Shown: positions 1-8,319 of the stretch, in pieces | Layout of the letters: every line of letters begins with the position of its first letter | How positions within the stretch are numbered: position 1 is the stretch's first letter | Source: a virus | Taxonomy: Duplodnaviria > Caudoviricetes | Direction: 5' to 3' (one strand) | Virus record (IMG/VR): IMGVR_UViG_3300044260_000022 | Location: 1 to 40,516 of that record | DNA: 40,516 nt | Position numbers and translations under genes: made by a program | Notes under the pieces: generated by a model | What the model saw: the letters and a program-made list of their open reading frames with translations, nothing else | Database searches by the model: none | What the model was told of the DNA's origin: nothing

Positions 1-127
1 TTCGTCGGCAATCATCACTTCTTCACCTCGTCGGGCGAGCGACCGGGGCCGCGTCCCTTGTAGTTGTTTCGCGTCGCGCTGATCTCGTTCGTCGCCGCCT
101 TGACGTCCGCGCACGTCGACCAGTGCG
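1..127. repeat. Terminal direct repeat (circular assembly overlap), copy 1
   Basis: 1-127 is identical to 40390-40516. It falls inside coding sequence, and 127 is a common assembler k-mer size. Confidence 0.95.
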
Positions 128-1655
128 ACCAGTATCGCAGCGGTTCGCCGAAGAGGTCCTGTGTCGCGCTTCTCCAGTCGATAAGCGCGGGGCCGGCGTT
201 CGTCTCCTCGATCGCCCACGCGCCGTCCGCGACGGGCGCGAGATCGAGAGCCATCCACGAACCGGATTCGAGTCCGAGCACCCAGCGGATCGGATCGCCG
301 CACTTCCTGCAGACGGTAGGCTTGAACTTCGCGAGCGGGTCGGGCTTAGGTGCTTCCATGGGGATCAGAGCCTCCTGAGCGGCTACGGTAGCGTCCTCGG
401 CTACGGCCTCTTCGACGACCTCGGCCTCCTCGTCGCTTGTCGTTTCGGCGACTTCGAGCGCGGCGACTTCGACGGCGTCGCGAGCTTCGATGGCGGCCTC
501 GTCGCGTTCGGGCGACTCGGCCACCGGCGCGTCGTCGTCCTCGTCGTGGAACTTGAGCTCCATGCCGAAGTCGTTCGACGAGCCCTCGAGGATCTCGACA
601 CCCGGCTTGAGCTTCAGCGCGTTCGCGCGGAAGCCCGTGTAGTCGACGAGATGCTGCGGGCGCCCCCAGCGGTTGGTGATCGTACAGACGTCCGGGTGCT
701 GATCGCGCAGCGACTCGGCCATGAGTAGGCGCCCGTCCTTGATCTTGTACAGCTCCTCGGTGTTACCGCCCTTCGTCGTCATCGTCGTCGCCTTGTCCTG
801 CAGGAAGGCGTTGAAGAGCACCGTGCACCAGCCGTCCTTGAGGGCGCGGATCGAGAGGTCCGTGTCCTCGTTGTAGCGTCCGCGCCAGCGATACGGCAGG
901 TCGTTCTGGATAAGGATCGTCGAGTAGATGCGCGTGTTCAGCGTCGTCGGCGCACGCTTGTGCGCTTCGCGTCGCGGCATGAACATGTAGTACTGAAAGC
1001 CCGACAGCGCCACGTTCTCGTACCGATCGGTGAAGTCCTCGGCCGCGCAGAAGATCGCGCCGTCAGCAACGGGCGTCTTCAGGTTGTACTGCATACGGTA
1101 GAAGCCGTAGATGTTGTCATCGAGAATCCAGTGACGCGCGTGGCCCTCGGAGATCGCGTGCTCCCAGACCCAGTTGCGCGCGGGGATCGAGCCCTGCCCG
1201 AGGTTCGAGAACGGTAGCGTGAGGATCTTCTCCTTCGGGATCACCGAAGCGTACTGCGCGAACTCCTGCGGCTCGATGACGATGCGATACGGCACGCCGA
1301 TCTTGTCGAGCTGACGTGCGGTGTATCGCTTCTCCCATCGGCCCTTGCTGATGACGTACACGGGGTACTTCGGGACGACGCGCCCGCCGGCCGCGGTGAA
1401 CGCGCGATCGCGAGCGTGAGCGATGTCCGCCTTGGGATACCACGTGCTCTTCGTGTTCGGCCCGAGCGTCGTCCCGATGAGCTTCGCAAAGGCCTGGTAG
1501 TCTTCGAGGTTGCGGAAGTGAACGTTGATCGTTCGCCACGGGGAGATGTTCTTGTGGTCCCAGCCGGGCATCCCCTGCCAGTGATCTTTCCACTTCGGTT
1601 CGAGATCGAATAGAGCGCCCTGGGGCGTCTCGTCGAGCACTTCGTCCTTCGCCAT
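15..1655 (-). CDS. TAGT/GREB1-like (GT-A) putative DNA glycosyltransferase, fused to a small N-terminal domain and a C-terminal Zn-ribbon
   Basis: Motifs YPVYVISKGR, ARNWVWEH, HWILDDNI, GRYNEDTDLS and KGGNT resemble phage beta-glucosyl-hmC-alpha-glucosyltransferase/TAGT proteins. An acidic linker precedes CRKCG...SHWSTC. Confidence 0.75.
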   Translation of the reverse strand: MAKDEVLDETPQGALFDLEPKWKDHWQGMPGWDHKNISPWRTINVHFRNLEDYQAFAKLIGTTLGPNTKSTWYPKADIAHARDRAFTAAGGRVVPKYPVYVISKGRWEKRYTARQLDKIGVPYRIVIEPQEFAQYASVIPKEKILTLPFSNLGQGSIPARNWVWEHAISEGHARHWILDDNIYGFYRMQYNLKTPVADGAIFCAAEDFTDRYENVALSGFQYYMFMPRREAHKRAPTTLNTRIYSTILIQNDLPYRWRGRYNEDTDLSIRALKDGWCTVLFNAFLQDKATTMTTKGGNTEELYKIKDGRLLMAESLRDQHPDVCTITNRWGRPQHLVDYTGFRANALKLKPGVEILEGSSNDFGMELKFHDEDDDAPVAESPERDEAAIEARDAVEVAALEVAETTSDEEAEVVEEAVAEDATVAAQEALIPMEAPKPDPLAKFKPTVCRKCGDPIRWVLGLESGSWMALDLAPVADGAWAIEETNAGPALIDWRSATQDLFGEPLRYWSHWSTCADVKAATNEISATRNNYKGRGPGRSPDEVKK

Positions 1656-1873
1656 CAGCGCACCTTCGTCGCGCGACGACGTCGAGCGCGTTCGACGTTC
1701 GCGAGGATGCGCTCGTTCGTCTCGGTCGCTCGCGCCAGGTTCTCGCGTAGCGTGATCACTTCGGCCATGAGACGTAGGCGCTCGGCTTCGAGCGCTGCGA
1801 TACGCTTATTGCGCGCGTCGGGTACGGCGTAATCCTCTTGCGGGAAGTGACGGTCGCCCTCGCTGATCTTCAT
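1655..1873 (-). CDS. hypothetical coiled-coil protein
   Basis: 72 aa, heptad-rich; its stop overlaps the next start (TGATG). Confidence 0.65.
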   Translation of the reverse strand: MKISEGDRHFPQEDYAVPDARNKRIAALEAERLRLMAEVITLRENLARATETNERILANVERARRRRATKVR

Positions 1874-1885
1874 GGGCGCGTCCTT

Positions 1886-2221
1886 CTAGACGAGACGACG
1901 CGCGCCGAGAAGCGCGAGCGCCCCAGCTACGACGAGCATGGCCCAAAGCGACAGCGCCGGGACGGGCGTGGCGCTCGCGACCTGCGCCTGGTTCGGTCCG
2001 AACTGCACGATGGCTTCGGAGACGTTCTCGATCGGTGCGCAGTAGCGCCAGACGAACGGCTCGGGCGGGGAGACGTAGAGCACGGTGTTGGCCGGGCATG
2101 GCGTCGAATCTGCGTAGCAGAGCCACCGTCCGTTGCCGTCGTTGATCGCGACGCTCGCGCCCGAGCATGGGAGCCCCGGCCACGAGACGCTTGGGATCGA
2201 AGTGAGGAACCGATCGGACAT
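1886..2221 (-). CDS. IPTL-CTERM-like sorting-signal protein
   Basis: C-terminus VPALSLWAMLVVAGALALLGARRLV matches the IPTL-CTERM pattern (motif, TM helix, basic tail). GGAGG RBS; 4 Cys. Confidence 0.7.
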   Translation of the reverse strand: MSDRFLTSIPSVSWPGLPCSGASVAINDGNGRWLCYADSTPCPANTVLYVSPPEPFVWRYCAPIENVSEAIVQFGPNQAQVASATPVPALSLWAMLVVAGALALLGARRLV

Positions 2222-2230
2222 GGAATCCTC

Positions 2231-2770
2231 CTACGGTAGAGTGGTCGAACTTTTCGTGACGACGTTCCCGAGCGGATCGAGAACGAGAAGATCGGCGAAC
2301 GAACCGGGAACGACGCCGGCGATCGAGACGCCCGTCGTCCAGACGTCGCCGGGACCGACGAGCGTCTCGAAGGTGACGCGCTTTGAAGCATCAGGAGCGG
2401 CGACGATGAGCTTCACGCGAGAGCCCGCCGGAGCGTATCGAATCGTGATCGTGACTACGGTCGGGCCCGAGATCGAGGCGGACGACGTCGGTGAGGGCGT
2501 CGGGGTCGGCGACGAGAACGGCGTCGGCGCCGCCGTGTACGTGCCGGAAGGGATGGCGGTCGCAGTAGCAGACGCGGCGACCGTCGGCGCGGCCGTAGCG
2601 TTCGGCGAGGGTAGCGCTGTCCATGTTGGTATTGGTTGCGGCGTAGGGATGAACGTCGGTGTCGGCGCGATCGCTCGCGGCGTCGGCGTCTTCGTCGGCG
2701 TCGGCCACGGCGTATAGGCTCGCGCCCGTCCCGGAACGATCAGCAGAAGGACGAGCGCGAGCCGACGCAT
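2231..2770 (-). CDS. secreted Pro/Thr-rich protein with C-terminal beta domain
   Basis: Start MRRLALVLLLIVPGRARA resembles a signal peptide (AxA), followed by a long PT linker. Start reassigned from the ORF track. Confidence 0.7.
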   Translation of the reverse strand: MRRLALVLLLIVPGRARAYTPWPTPTKTPTPRAIAPTPTFIPTPQPIPTWTALPSPNATAAPTVAASATATAIPSGTYTAAPTPFSSPTPTPSPTSSASISGPTVVTITIRYAPAGSRVKLIVAAPDASKRVTFETLVGPGDVWTTGVSIAGVVPGSFADLLVLDPLGNVVTKSSTTLP

Positions 2771-2774
2771 AGAC

Positions 2775-3269
2775 CTACGTTCCGATCCCCGGCTGGTCGG
2801 GAGAGACGACGCCCGACTGCCACGCGGCGACGTCGCGAAGCGAGACGAACGGGCGCGGCGCGAACGTGTAGGGCGTCCCGCCGAGACCGCCGCCGACGAC
2901 ACCGCCGCAGATCGCGAGAACGACGGCGACGTCCTCGAGCTGCTGACCGAGCCCGCCGACGAGCGCATCGACCTCGGCCGGACCGCCGGCCTTACCGATC
3001 TCGTCCGAGAGCGCGAGGGCGAGCGTCAGATCGAGCCCGCTCTTGACGCGAACGCCATCGATTCGATAGCCGAACGCGGCCCGGCGCTTGATCTCGGCGT
3101 CGCTGTTGATGTCCCCGGGCGCGATCTTCTCGCGCGTCGCGAGCGGCCACGACGGGTCGGGCGACTGCTCGCGCCACCACTTGAGCGGCGTCGGCGTCGT
3201 CGTCGTGTTGAGCGTGTCGGCTAGGATCGCCGCGATCGCGGCGACGGCTTCGTTAGGTGTCTTCGGCAT
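2775..3269 (-). CDS. hypothetical protein
   Basis: 164 aa, AAGGAG RBS, phage-like codon usage. Confidence 0.7.
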   Translation of the reverse strand: MPKTPNEAVAAIAAILADTLNTTTTPTPLKWWREQSPDPSWPLATREKIAPGDINSDAEIKRRAAFGYRIDGVRVKSGLDLTLALALSDEIGKAGGPAEVDALVGGLGQQLEDVAVVLAICGGVVGGGLGGTPYTFAPRPFVSLRDVAAWQSGVVSPDQPGIGT

Positions 3270-3490
3270 GGTCGTTCTCCTTGTTCGTGCGCCTCACCGC
3301 GCGTGATTCGATATCGTTTAGCCGAGGGTCGTCTGCGTGGCACGGGGTTCGCTTAGACCGTCGTCGATGAACGACGACGGCTCATCCCGAGCCCGCGCCC
3401 CACCATCTGGCGTAACGACAACCCGGTCGCGTCCCGCGGCGACGGGCGGCCGGGTTGGAATTATTTTCTCGCGACGAGAAGAATTTACGC

Positions 3491-3904
3491 TCATTCGTCC
3501 TTCTTGCGGCGCTGGCGCGTCTCGACGATCTCGATCCCCAGCGACGCGCGCAACAGTTTCTTCTTCAGGCGGTACATCTCGGTGCGGAAGCCCTTCGCGT
3601 CTTCGACGACGCGCTGCCACGACTCGCCAGCGCCGAACCGTTCGAGGCGCTCATAGACGAAGTCCGCGACGTAGTTGCAGACGTGGATCTCGTTGATGAC
3701 GATCGCGAACGGGCGCTGGCGTTCGAGCTTGCGAATCTCGCCAGCTCGCTGCATGAGCGTGAGCTCCTGCCACCGGTGAGCCTCCCACTTCGAGTCGAAG
3801 CGGATGCCGTCGACCTCGACCTTCACGTTGCGGAACTTCGTCCGCGCCACGCTGTTCTTGTAGCGCGACGAGACGACGGCCTCGGCGACGTCCTTTAGGC
3901 TCAT
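3491..3904 (-). CDS. DUF1064-family PD-(D/E)XK endonuclease (putative resolvase)
   Basis: KFRNVKVEVDGIRFDSKWEA...YVADFVY...VVEDAKGFRTEMYRLKKKL. Confidence 0.85.
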   Translation of the reverse strand: MSLKDVAEAVVSSRYKNSVARTKFRNVKVEVDGIRFDSKWEAHRWQELTLMQRAGEIRKLERQRPFAIVINEIHVCNYVADFVYERLERFGAGESWQRVVEDAKGFRTEMYRLKKKLLRASLGIEIVETRQRRKKDE

Positions 3905-4284
3905 TCGCTCTCCTGTCCGATGTAGTCGTGGTGGGAATCGTAGACCATCAGCACGTAGGCCGCGGCGCTCGCAGAGAGAAGCGCGACGAGCGCGAGCGCG
4001 ACGACGAGCGCGACGAAGCGCCCGATAGACGGCGTCTCGCGCACCATAATGAACGAGCCGGGGTAGTTCGGGAACTCGTGAACGGCGCGCCAGCCGCGTC
4101 GCTGGAGCGTCGCGACGGACGGCGTATCTTTCCGACCCTTGACGCCAGCGTACACGACAAAGAACTCCTTAGGAAGGGGCGCCCGGCTCACAACCGGGCG
4201 CGCGTTGGAAGATTCTCCCGCCAGCCCATCGCCGAGAACCGGCGAAGTCGAACGCTTAGACGTTCGCTCGGGAGAGGTAGGCAC
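3901..4284 (-). CDS. hypothetical membrane protein
   Basis: C-terminal TM segment FVALVVALALVALLSASAAAYVLMV; ATGA overlap with the next gene. Confidence 0.6.
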   Translation of the reverse strand: MPTSPERTSKRSTSPVLGDGLAGESSNARPVVSRAPLPKEFFVVYAGVKGRKDTPSVATLQRRGWRAVHEFPNYPGSFIMVRETPSIGRFVALVVALALVALLSASAAAYVLMVYDSHHDYIGQESE

Positions 4285-4286
4285 GG

Positions 4287-4526
4287 TCAGAGGTCCTCGA
4301 AGAGCGACAGCGGGGCCGACGACTCGTAGGTCGGGGTCTTCGTGTCGGGCGTGGGCGCGACGACGTCGACGCGCTTGATCACGCCCTCCGCCTCGAGGTC
4401 GGCGAGATCGTCGAGCACGCCCCGGACGATTCGCTTCGTCATCCAGTCGGCCTTCGCGTTCGCCGCATACGGCGAGAGCGCGAACAGCGCGAGGGCGCGA
4501 GCGCCGTCCTGCAGCGAGTCGAACAT
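4287..4526 (-). CDS. hypothetical protein
   Basis: 79 aa, translationally coupled to the upstream gene. Confidence 0.65.
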   Translation of the reverse strand: MFDSLQDGARALALFALSPYAANAKADWMTKRIVRGVLDDLADLEAEGVIKRVDVVAPTPDTKTPTYESSAPLSLFEDL

Positions 4527-4765
4527 CAGCCCTTGACCTTCGCGAGCTTCGGGGCCTTGGGAGCCTTCGGCGCTTTCGGCTTGTCGCTGACGCGGCCGAG
4601 GAGCTTGCGGATCGAGAGCTGCTCGGCGCGCAGGTTGGCCATCGCCGTCTTCTTCTCGACCTTGATCTCGGCGAGACGCGCGACGAGCTTCGCCTTCGCT
4701 TCGGCGGCGGCCTTCTTCGCGGCAGCGAACTCTTCGGCAGCGGCGTTCATTTCGGCTTCGGACAT
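4526..4765 (-). CDS. small Lys/Ala-rich, possibly DNA-binding protein
   Basis: GGAGG RBS; coiled coil followed by a KPKAPKAPKAPK tail. Confidence 0.7.
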   Translation of the reverse strand: MSEAEMNAAAEEFAAAKKAAAEAKAKLVARLAEIKVEKKTAMANLRAEQLSIRKLLGRVSDKPKAPKAPKAPKLAKVKG

Positions 4766-4805
4766 GGGATCCTCCTTGGGTCGGTTCGTAGCGTTGACAG
4801 ATGGA

Positions 4806-5588
4806 TCATTCGACGGTGATCGACTCGCCGCCCATGATCAGGTCGAGATCGGTCGTGACTTCGAGAATCGCGTCGGTCTGAGAGTAGCCGGGCCAGTCGT
4901 TCGCGTCGTCGCAGACGAGGTATCGCTCCCACCACGCGCGCCAGGTGCGCGCGCCGATATCGAGCGCGAACGGGCCGAGCTGGAACGTCTGGACGACATA
5001 GGGCGGCTTCGTCTCGACGGCGACGATGTACGCCTCGGTAAACTCGCCGAGCCCGGCGAGACGCGCGCCGTTCATGTACCACGGAAGCTGCGCGTGATAG
5101 CCGAGCTTCTCGGCCGTGTGCGGGAACTTGGAGGGGCTCGCGTCGGTCGTTGACTTGAGGTCGACGATCCGCCCGCCCTTCGCGACGACGTCGGCCGTAC
5201 CGCGGCAGGCGCGACCGTCCATCGTCCAGTCGAAGACTTGCTCACGCGCCCCGTCGAGGAGCTCGGCCGCTCGCGGGTGAGCGTGTACGCTCGCGGCGAT
5301 CGCGTGGACTTTCGCCCACTCGTCGGCCGTGAGGATCGTCGAGCCCTGGGGCGCACTCTCGACGAACTTCTCCCACTCTTTCCCCGCGCGTCGAGCGCCG
5401 TCCCACTTGACGAGCCCCTGGCTGTTCTCAAGCGTCGCGAGGTGGATGGCAGATCCGAGAAGCATCGCGGGCGACGTCTCGGACGAGCCGTTGAGATACT
5501 GCTCGACGTAGTGCGCGGGCGAGCGCCCCATGAGCTTCAGCGTCGAGAAGTGGACGTGACCGCAGCGCGGCCCGCAGTGGGCGGGCAC
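4806..5588 (-). CDS. RecE/exonuclease VIII-like PD-(D/E)XK nuclease
   Basis: SPAHY, LGSAIH, CRGTADVV, IVDLKST and GYHAQLPWY motifs; GTG start inferred. Confidence 0.85.
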   Translation of the reverse strand: MPAHCGPRCGHVHFSTLKLMGRSPAHYVEQYLNGSSETSPAMLLGSAIHLATLENSQGLVKWDGARRAGKEWEKFVESAPQGSTILTADEWAKVHAIAASVHAHPRAAELLDGAREQVFDWTMDGRACRGTADVVAKGGRIVDLKSTTDASPSKFPHTAEKLGYHAQLPWYMNGARLAGLGEFTEAYIVAVETKPPYVVQTFQLGPFALDIGARTWRAWWERYLVCDDANDWPGYSQTDAILEVTTDLDLIMGGESITVE

Positions 5589-5589
5589 G

Positions 5590-5877
5590 TCAGTCTTCCT
5601 CGACGTCGATGCGCTTCGGCATCGACTGGACAAGCCGCGCGAGAAGCGCGAACGAACGCGCCGCGCCGCGCCCCGCCTCTTCCTCGGCCTTCTTCGCCGT
5701 CTCGATCGCGCGCAGGTATGCGGCGTCCTTTTGCGACTCCAGAATGGAGGCGCGCTGAGCGATGAAGTTCACCGTGTCGAGCTGACGCGTGAGTTCGGCG
5801 ACGCGGGCGATCAGCTCGCGCTCGCGCTTCGACGTCTTCTTGGAGTTCTTGCGGACAGCCTTCGCGACGGCGCCCAT
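5590..5877 (-). CDS. hypothetical coiled-coil protein
   Basis: ORF between the SSB-like and exonuclease genes; GGAGG upstream. Confidence 0.6.
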   Translation of the reverse strand: MGAVAKAVRKNSKKTSKRERELIARVAELTRQLDTVNFIAQRASILESQKDAAYLRAIETAKKAEEEAGRGAARSFALLARLVQSMPKRIDVEED

Positions 5878-5878
5878 G

Positions 5879-6304
5879 TCAGCCATCCTCCCCGGGCTCG
5901 CGCGCACCGGCGTGCTCGGGAGCTTCGGGCGCGGGCATCGTGTCGGGGTTCGCGAACTCGCCCGCCTTCGCCTTCGCCGCCGGGATCATCGGGCGGATGC
6001 GGATGCAGTCGACCTGCTTCCCGCCGAAGTTCGTCTGCGTCGGGTAGAGCGTGATGCGCTTCTCCGGCCAGAGGTCGACGTTCGGTCCGTACATGGCGGC
6101 GATGGAGTGGCCGTTCGTCTTGCAGAGAACGAGCCCGCGAGCGTCCTTGCTCTCCTTGAAGTAGAGGATCGGCTTGCGTTCCTCCTTCGTCGCGTTCTTG
6201 ACCTTCGCCACCTTCACTTCGCGGATCGTCACGGTGACGTCGCGCCCCTGGAGGTCGAATGCGTACAGCCAGTTGGAGTCGTAGAAGGACCGATAGTCAG
6301 GCAT
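5879..6304 (-). CDS. conserved phage protein, putative ssDNA-binding/recombination partner
   Basis: WLYAFDLQG..VTI..KPILYF..LVLCKTN..IAAMYG..W..KRITLY..FGG..CIRIRP pattern; adjacent to the RecE-like gene; acidic tail. Confidence 0.65.
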   Translation of the reverse strand: MPDYRSFYDSNWLYAFDLQGRDVTVTIREVKVAKVKNATKEERKPILYFKESKDARGLVLCKTNGHSIAAMYGPNVDLWPEKRITLYPTQTNFGGKQVDCIRIRPMIPAAKAKAGEFANPDTMPAPEAPEHAGAREPGEDG

Positions 6305-6324
6305 GGGGTCTCCTCCTTGATCGG

Positions 6325-6459
6325 TTAAGACCGCGGGGTGCGCGGTCGGTTGCGGGACCAGTCCGAGACGGACAGGCAGACGAGTCCGAAGAGAACGATG
6401 CCGAGGGCGATCCAGTCGCCGAGGGGATTCGCGTCGAGCCAGCGCATAAAGGTGCTCAC
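6325..6459 (-). CDS. small membrane protein (44 aa)
   Basis: Read by hand: VSTFMRWLDANPLGDWIALGIVLFGLVCLSVSDWSRNRPRTPRS; GTGA overlap. Confidence 0.5.
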   Translation of the reverse strand: MSTFMRWLDANPLGDWIALGIVLFGLVCLSVSDWSRNRPRTPRS

Positions 6460-6581
6460 GATTTCCCCTTCACGATCTCGATCGCTTCGCGAAGACCGTC
6501 GGCGCGTCCCCAGCGATAGACGACGTGAAAAAGATTTATCAGCGTGAGCGCACCGACGAGCACGAGCGCGGCCGTGATCAT
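6456..6581 (-). CDS. small membrane protein (41 aa)
   Basis: MITAALVLVGALTLINLFHVVYRWG...; ATGA overlap. Confidence 0.55.
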   Translation of the reverse strand: MITAALVLVGALTLINLFHVVYRWGRADGLREAIEIVKGKS

Positions 6582-6865
6582 GTCGCGCTCCCGTGCTTTA
6601 GACGGGCGACGTAACAGGTGGCACACTCGCCGCGCGAGTCGTGGACGCAGCGCGACAGGAACGCGGGCGAGGGCGGGGCGAGCGCACGAGCGCGAGCCTC
6701 CTCGATCGCCGAGAGGGGTACGGCCGGGACGTCGCCGTGGGCGTCGGGGATCTCGCTCGTCTCGCGATCGTAACGCCGAGACGTCGCGAGAACGTAGCCG
6801 AATCCGGCGATCGTTCCGACGCTCGCGACGACCGCGACCCCGGCGAGGAAGTCGAGCGGGCTCAC
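6578..6865 (-). CDS. membrane-anchored protein with C-terminal Cys/His cluster
   Basis: N-terminal TM segment; CVH...CATC. Confidence 0.6.
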   Translation of the reverse strand: MSPLDFLAGVAVVASVGTIAGFGYVLATSRRYDRETSEIPDAHGDVPAVPLSAIEEARARALAPPSPAFLSRCVHDSRGECATCYVARLKHGSAT

Positions 6866-7050
6866 AGCCGCCCCTCCCGAACGACGACCCCGGCCTGCCA
6901 GATACGGTAGGACGTGGTGGCGAACACATGGGCAGCGGGGCGGACGGCTCGCCCGTCGGGGTCGACACGTACGCCGGGGGGCGGGTTGGCGGGCCGTCCA
7001 GCAGGCTGCGGCGCGAGCTTGAGACGTCTCGCCCCAGGACCGGCCGTCAC
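6862..7050 (-). CDS. hypothetical protein
   Basis: 62 aa with GTGA overlaps at both ends. Confidence 0.4.
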   Translation of the reverse strand: MTAGPGARRLKLAPQPAGRPANPPPGVRVDPDGRAVRPAAHVFATTSYRIWQAGVVVREGRL

Positions 7051-7322
7051 AGCCGATACCTCTCGGCTTCGAGCCCGCGGAAGTAGCAGCGAGCTTCGTC
7101 GAGCGAAAGCTTGTCGCCCTGGGACGCGACGAAGCGCGGCGAGCCGCAGCCGATGTAGGCGGCGTAGTCTCCGACCGCCCCCGCGACGAGGACGGCGATC
7201 ACCTGAACGATCGTCGGCGCCCGTTCGAGCTGCTCTTGGGCGTAGCTACGCTGCGCGACGAGCAGAATCGTTCCTGGCGGGACCTTCGAGACGTGCTCGG
7301 CGAGCGCGGAGGCGTTGCTCAC
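7047..7322 (-). CDS. hypothetical protein
   Basis: GTG start overlaps the RHH gene stop; GDYAAYIG..VASQGDKLS..EAR.YF. Confidence 0.6.
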   Translation of the reverse strand: MSNASALAEHVSKVPPGTILLVAQRSYAQEQLERAPTIVQVIAVLVAGAVGDYAAYIGCGSPRFVASQGDKLSLDEARCYFRGLEAERYRL

Positions 7323-7555
7323 GACGCGCCCCCGACGCCGACCGGAGCGGACGTCTCGTCTCGCGTGTTCGCCTCGTGCTCTTCCATGGCGTCTTCGACG
7401 ATCTCGCGCACGATCGACGAGACGCTCCGTCCACCCTGGGCGGCCGCCATACGGCCGAGCCACGCGCGAGTCGGAGCGGGGAGTCGGACGAACGTACCGG
7501 GCGTCGGGTCGACGGGCTTGACGGGCTTCGGGATCTTCTTCTTCGAGCGAGTCAC
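7319..7555 (-). CDS. ribbon-helix-helix (Arc/CopG-like) DNA-binding regulator
   Basis: TFVRLPAPTRAWLGRMAAAQGGRSVSSIVREIVEDAM; AAGGAGG RBS. Confidence 0.7.
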   Translation of the reverse strand: MTRSKKKIPKPVKPVDPTPGTFVRLPAPTRAWLGRMAAAQGGRSVSSIVREIVEDAMEEHEANTRDETSAPVGVGGAS

Positions 7556-7570
7556 CTTGAACCTCCTTGT

Positions 7571-7628
7571 GCGCGGGACTTGGGACCCGCGCTGTCGTTT
7601 AACGCGCCCCGAAGGGCGCGCCCCTCAC
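7571..7628 (-). ncRNA. twister-like self-cleaving ribozyme, permuted (copy 2)
   Basis: GU-GAGGG-[GCGCGCCC UUCG GGGCGCGU]-UAA-ACG-AC-A-[GCGCGGG UCCCAAGU CCCGCGC]; both twister pseudoknots can form. Confidence 0.75.
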
Positions 7629-7632
7629 TTCG

Positions 7633-7902
7633 CTAGTTGCTGTCGCAGGCCCGCATGACGCGCCGCGTATTTGACGCGACGCGCTCGGCGCGCCGCTTCT
7701 GAACCATCGGGTCGCAGTCGGCGCACCAGCAGGGATGTCCCGAGACCACCGCGGCGGCGTGCCACACGCACTCGTCGTGCTCGACCATTCGGTTCGCGAT
7801 GACGGCGACTTGCTCCTCGGTGCAGTGGGCGGTGTAGCCGCGCACGAGATGCGTCGCGCGTTCGAGAGTCATCGAGGGGTTGGTGTACTGCTTCGGGTTC
7901 AT
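7633..7902 (-). CDS. hypothetical early protein, Cys/His-rich
   Basis: GAGGAG RBS; ECVWH...HPCWCADC. Confidence 0.65.
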   Translation of the reverse strand: MNPKQYTNPSMTLERATHLVRGYTAHCTEEQVAVIANRMVEHDECVWHAAAVVSGHPCWCADCDPMVQKRRAERVASNTRRVMRACDSN

Positions 7903-7916
7903 CGTCGTCTCCTCTC

Positions 7917-8309
7917 TCAGTAGGTAGGGAACGTGACGCGCCGGCCGAGCCAGAGCGAGACCTTCGACGCGAGATTGTTGCCGACGCGGCGGACTCGGCG
8001 CTGCTCGTGCGGGAGTTCGTCGGGGACGACGCCGAGGAACGTCGAGCCCTCGATCGCATCGATGAGAACGGCAATCTCGACGTCGCTCATGAGGCGCTTG
8101 TCGAGCCCGTCGCCGGTGCGAAGCGCGTCGAACATCCGATCGTGGAGAGTCTCGCAGGCGGCGACGACGGACTCGGCGTCGGTGACGAGGTCGGGCGTCG
8201 CGTCGTCGAACGTATCGGCCAGCGCCTCGGCGATCGCGTCGGGGACGTCGAGCCGGTGCTGAATGAGGTCGCGTTCGTCGAGCGTGATCTTGAGCTTCGG
8301 GCTGTTCAT
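7917..8309 (-). CDS. hypothetical early protein
   Basis: AAGGAG RBS; 130 aa, acidic and helical. Confidence 0.7.
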   Translation of the reverse strand: MNSPKLKITLDERDLIQHRLDVPDAIAEALADTFDDATPDLVTDAESVVAACETLHDRMFDALRTGDGLDKRLMSDVEIAVLIDAIEGSTFLGVVPDELPHEQRRVRRVGNNLASKVSLWLGRRVTFPTY

Positions 8310-8319
8310 CGTCGTCTCC

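Noticed and set aside
1-127. 127-bp terminal repeat as a biological DTR
   Set aside because: Its length equals a common assembler k-mer and it lies mid-gene, so it is most likely a circularisation overlap.
6870-6965. GC-rich multi-stem fold as a ribozyme or ncRNA
   Set aside because: It lies inside an ORF coupled by GTGA overlaps at both ends, and no recognisable catalytic core is present.
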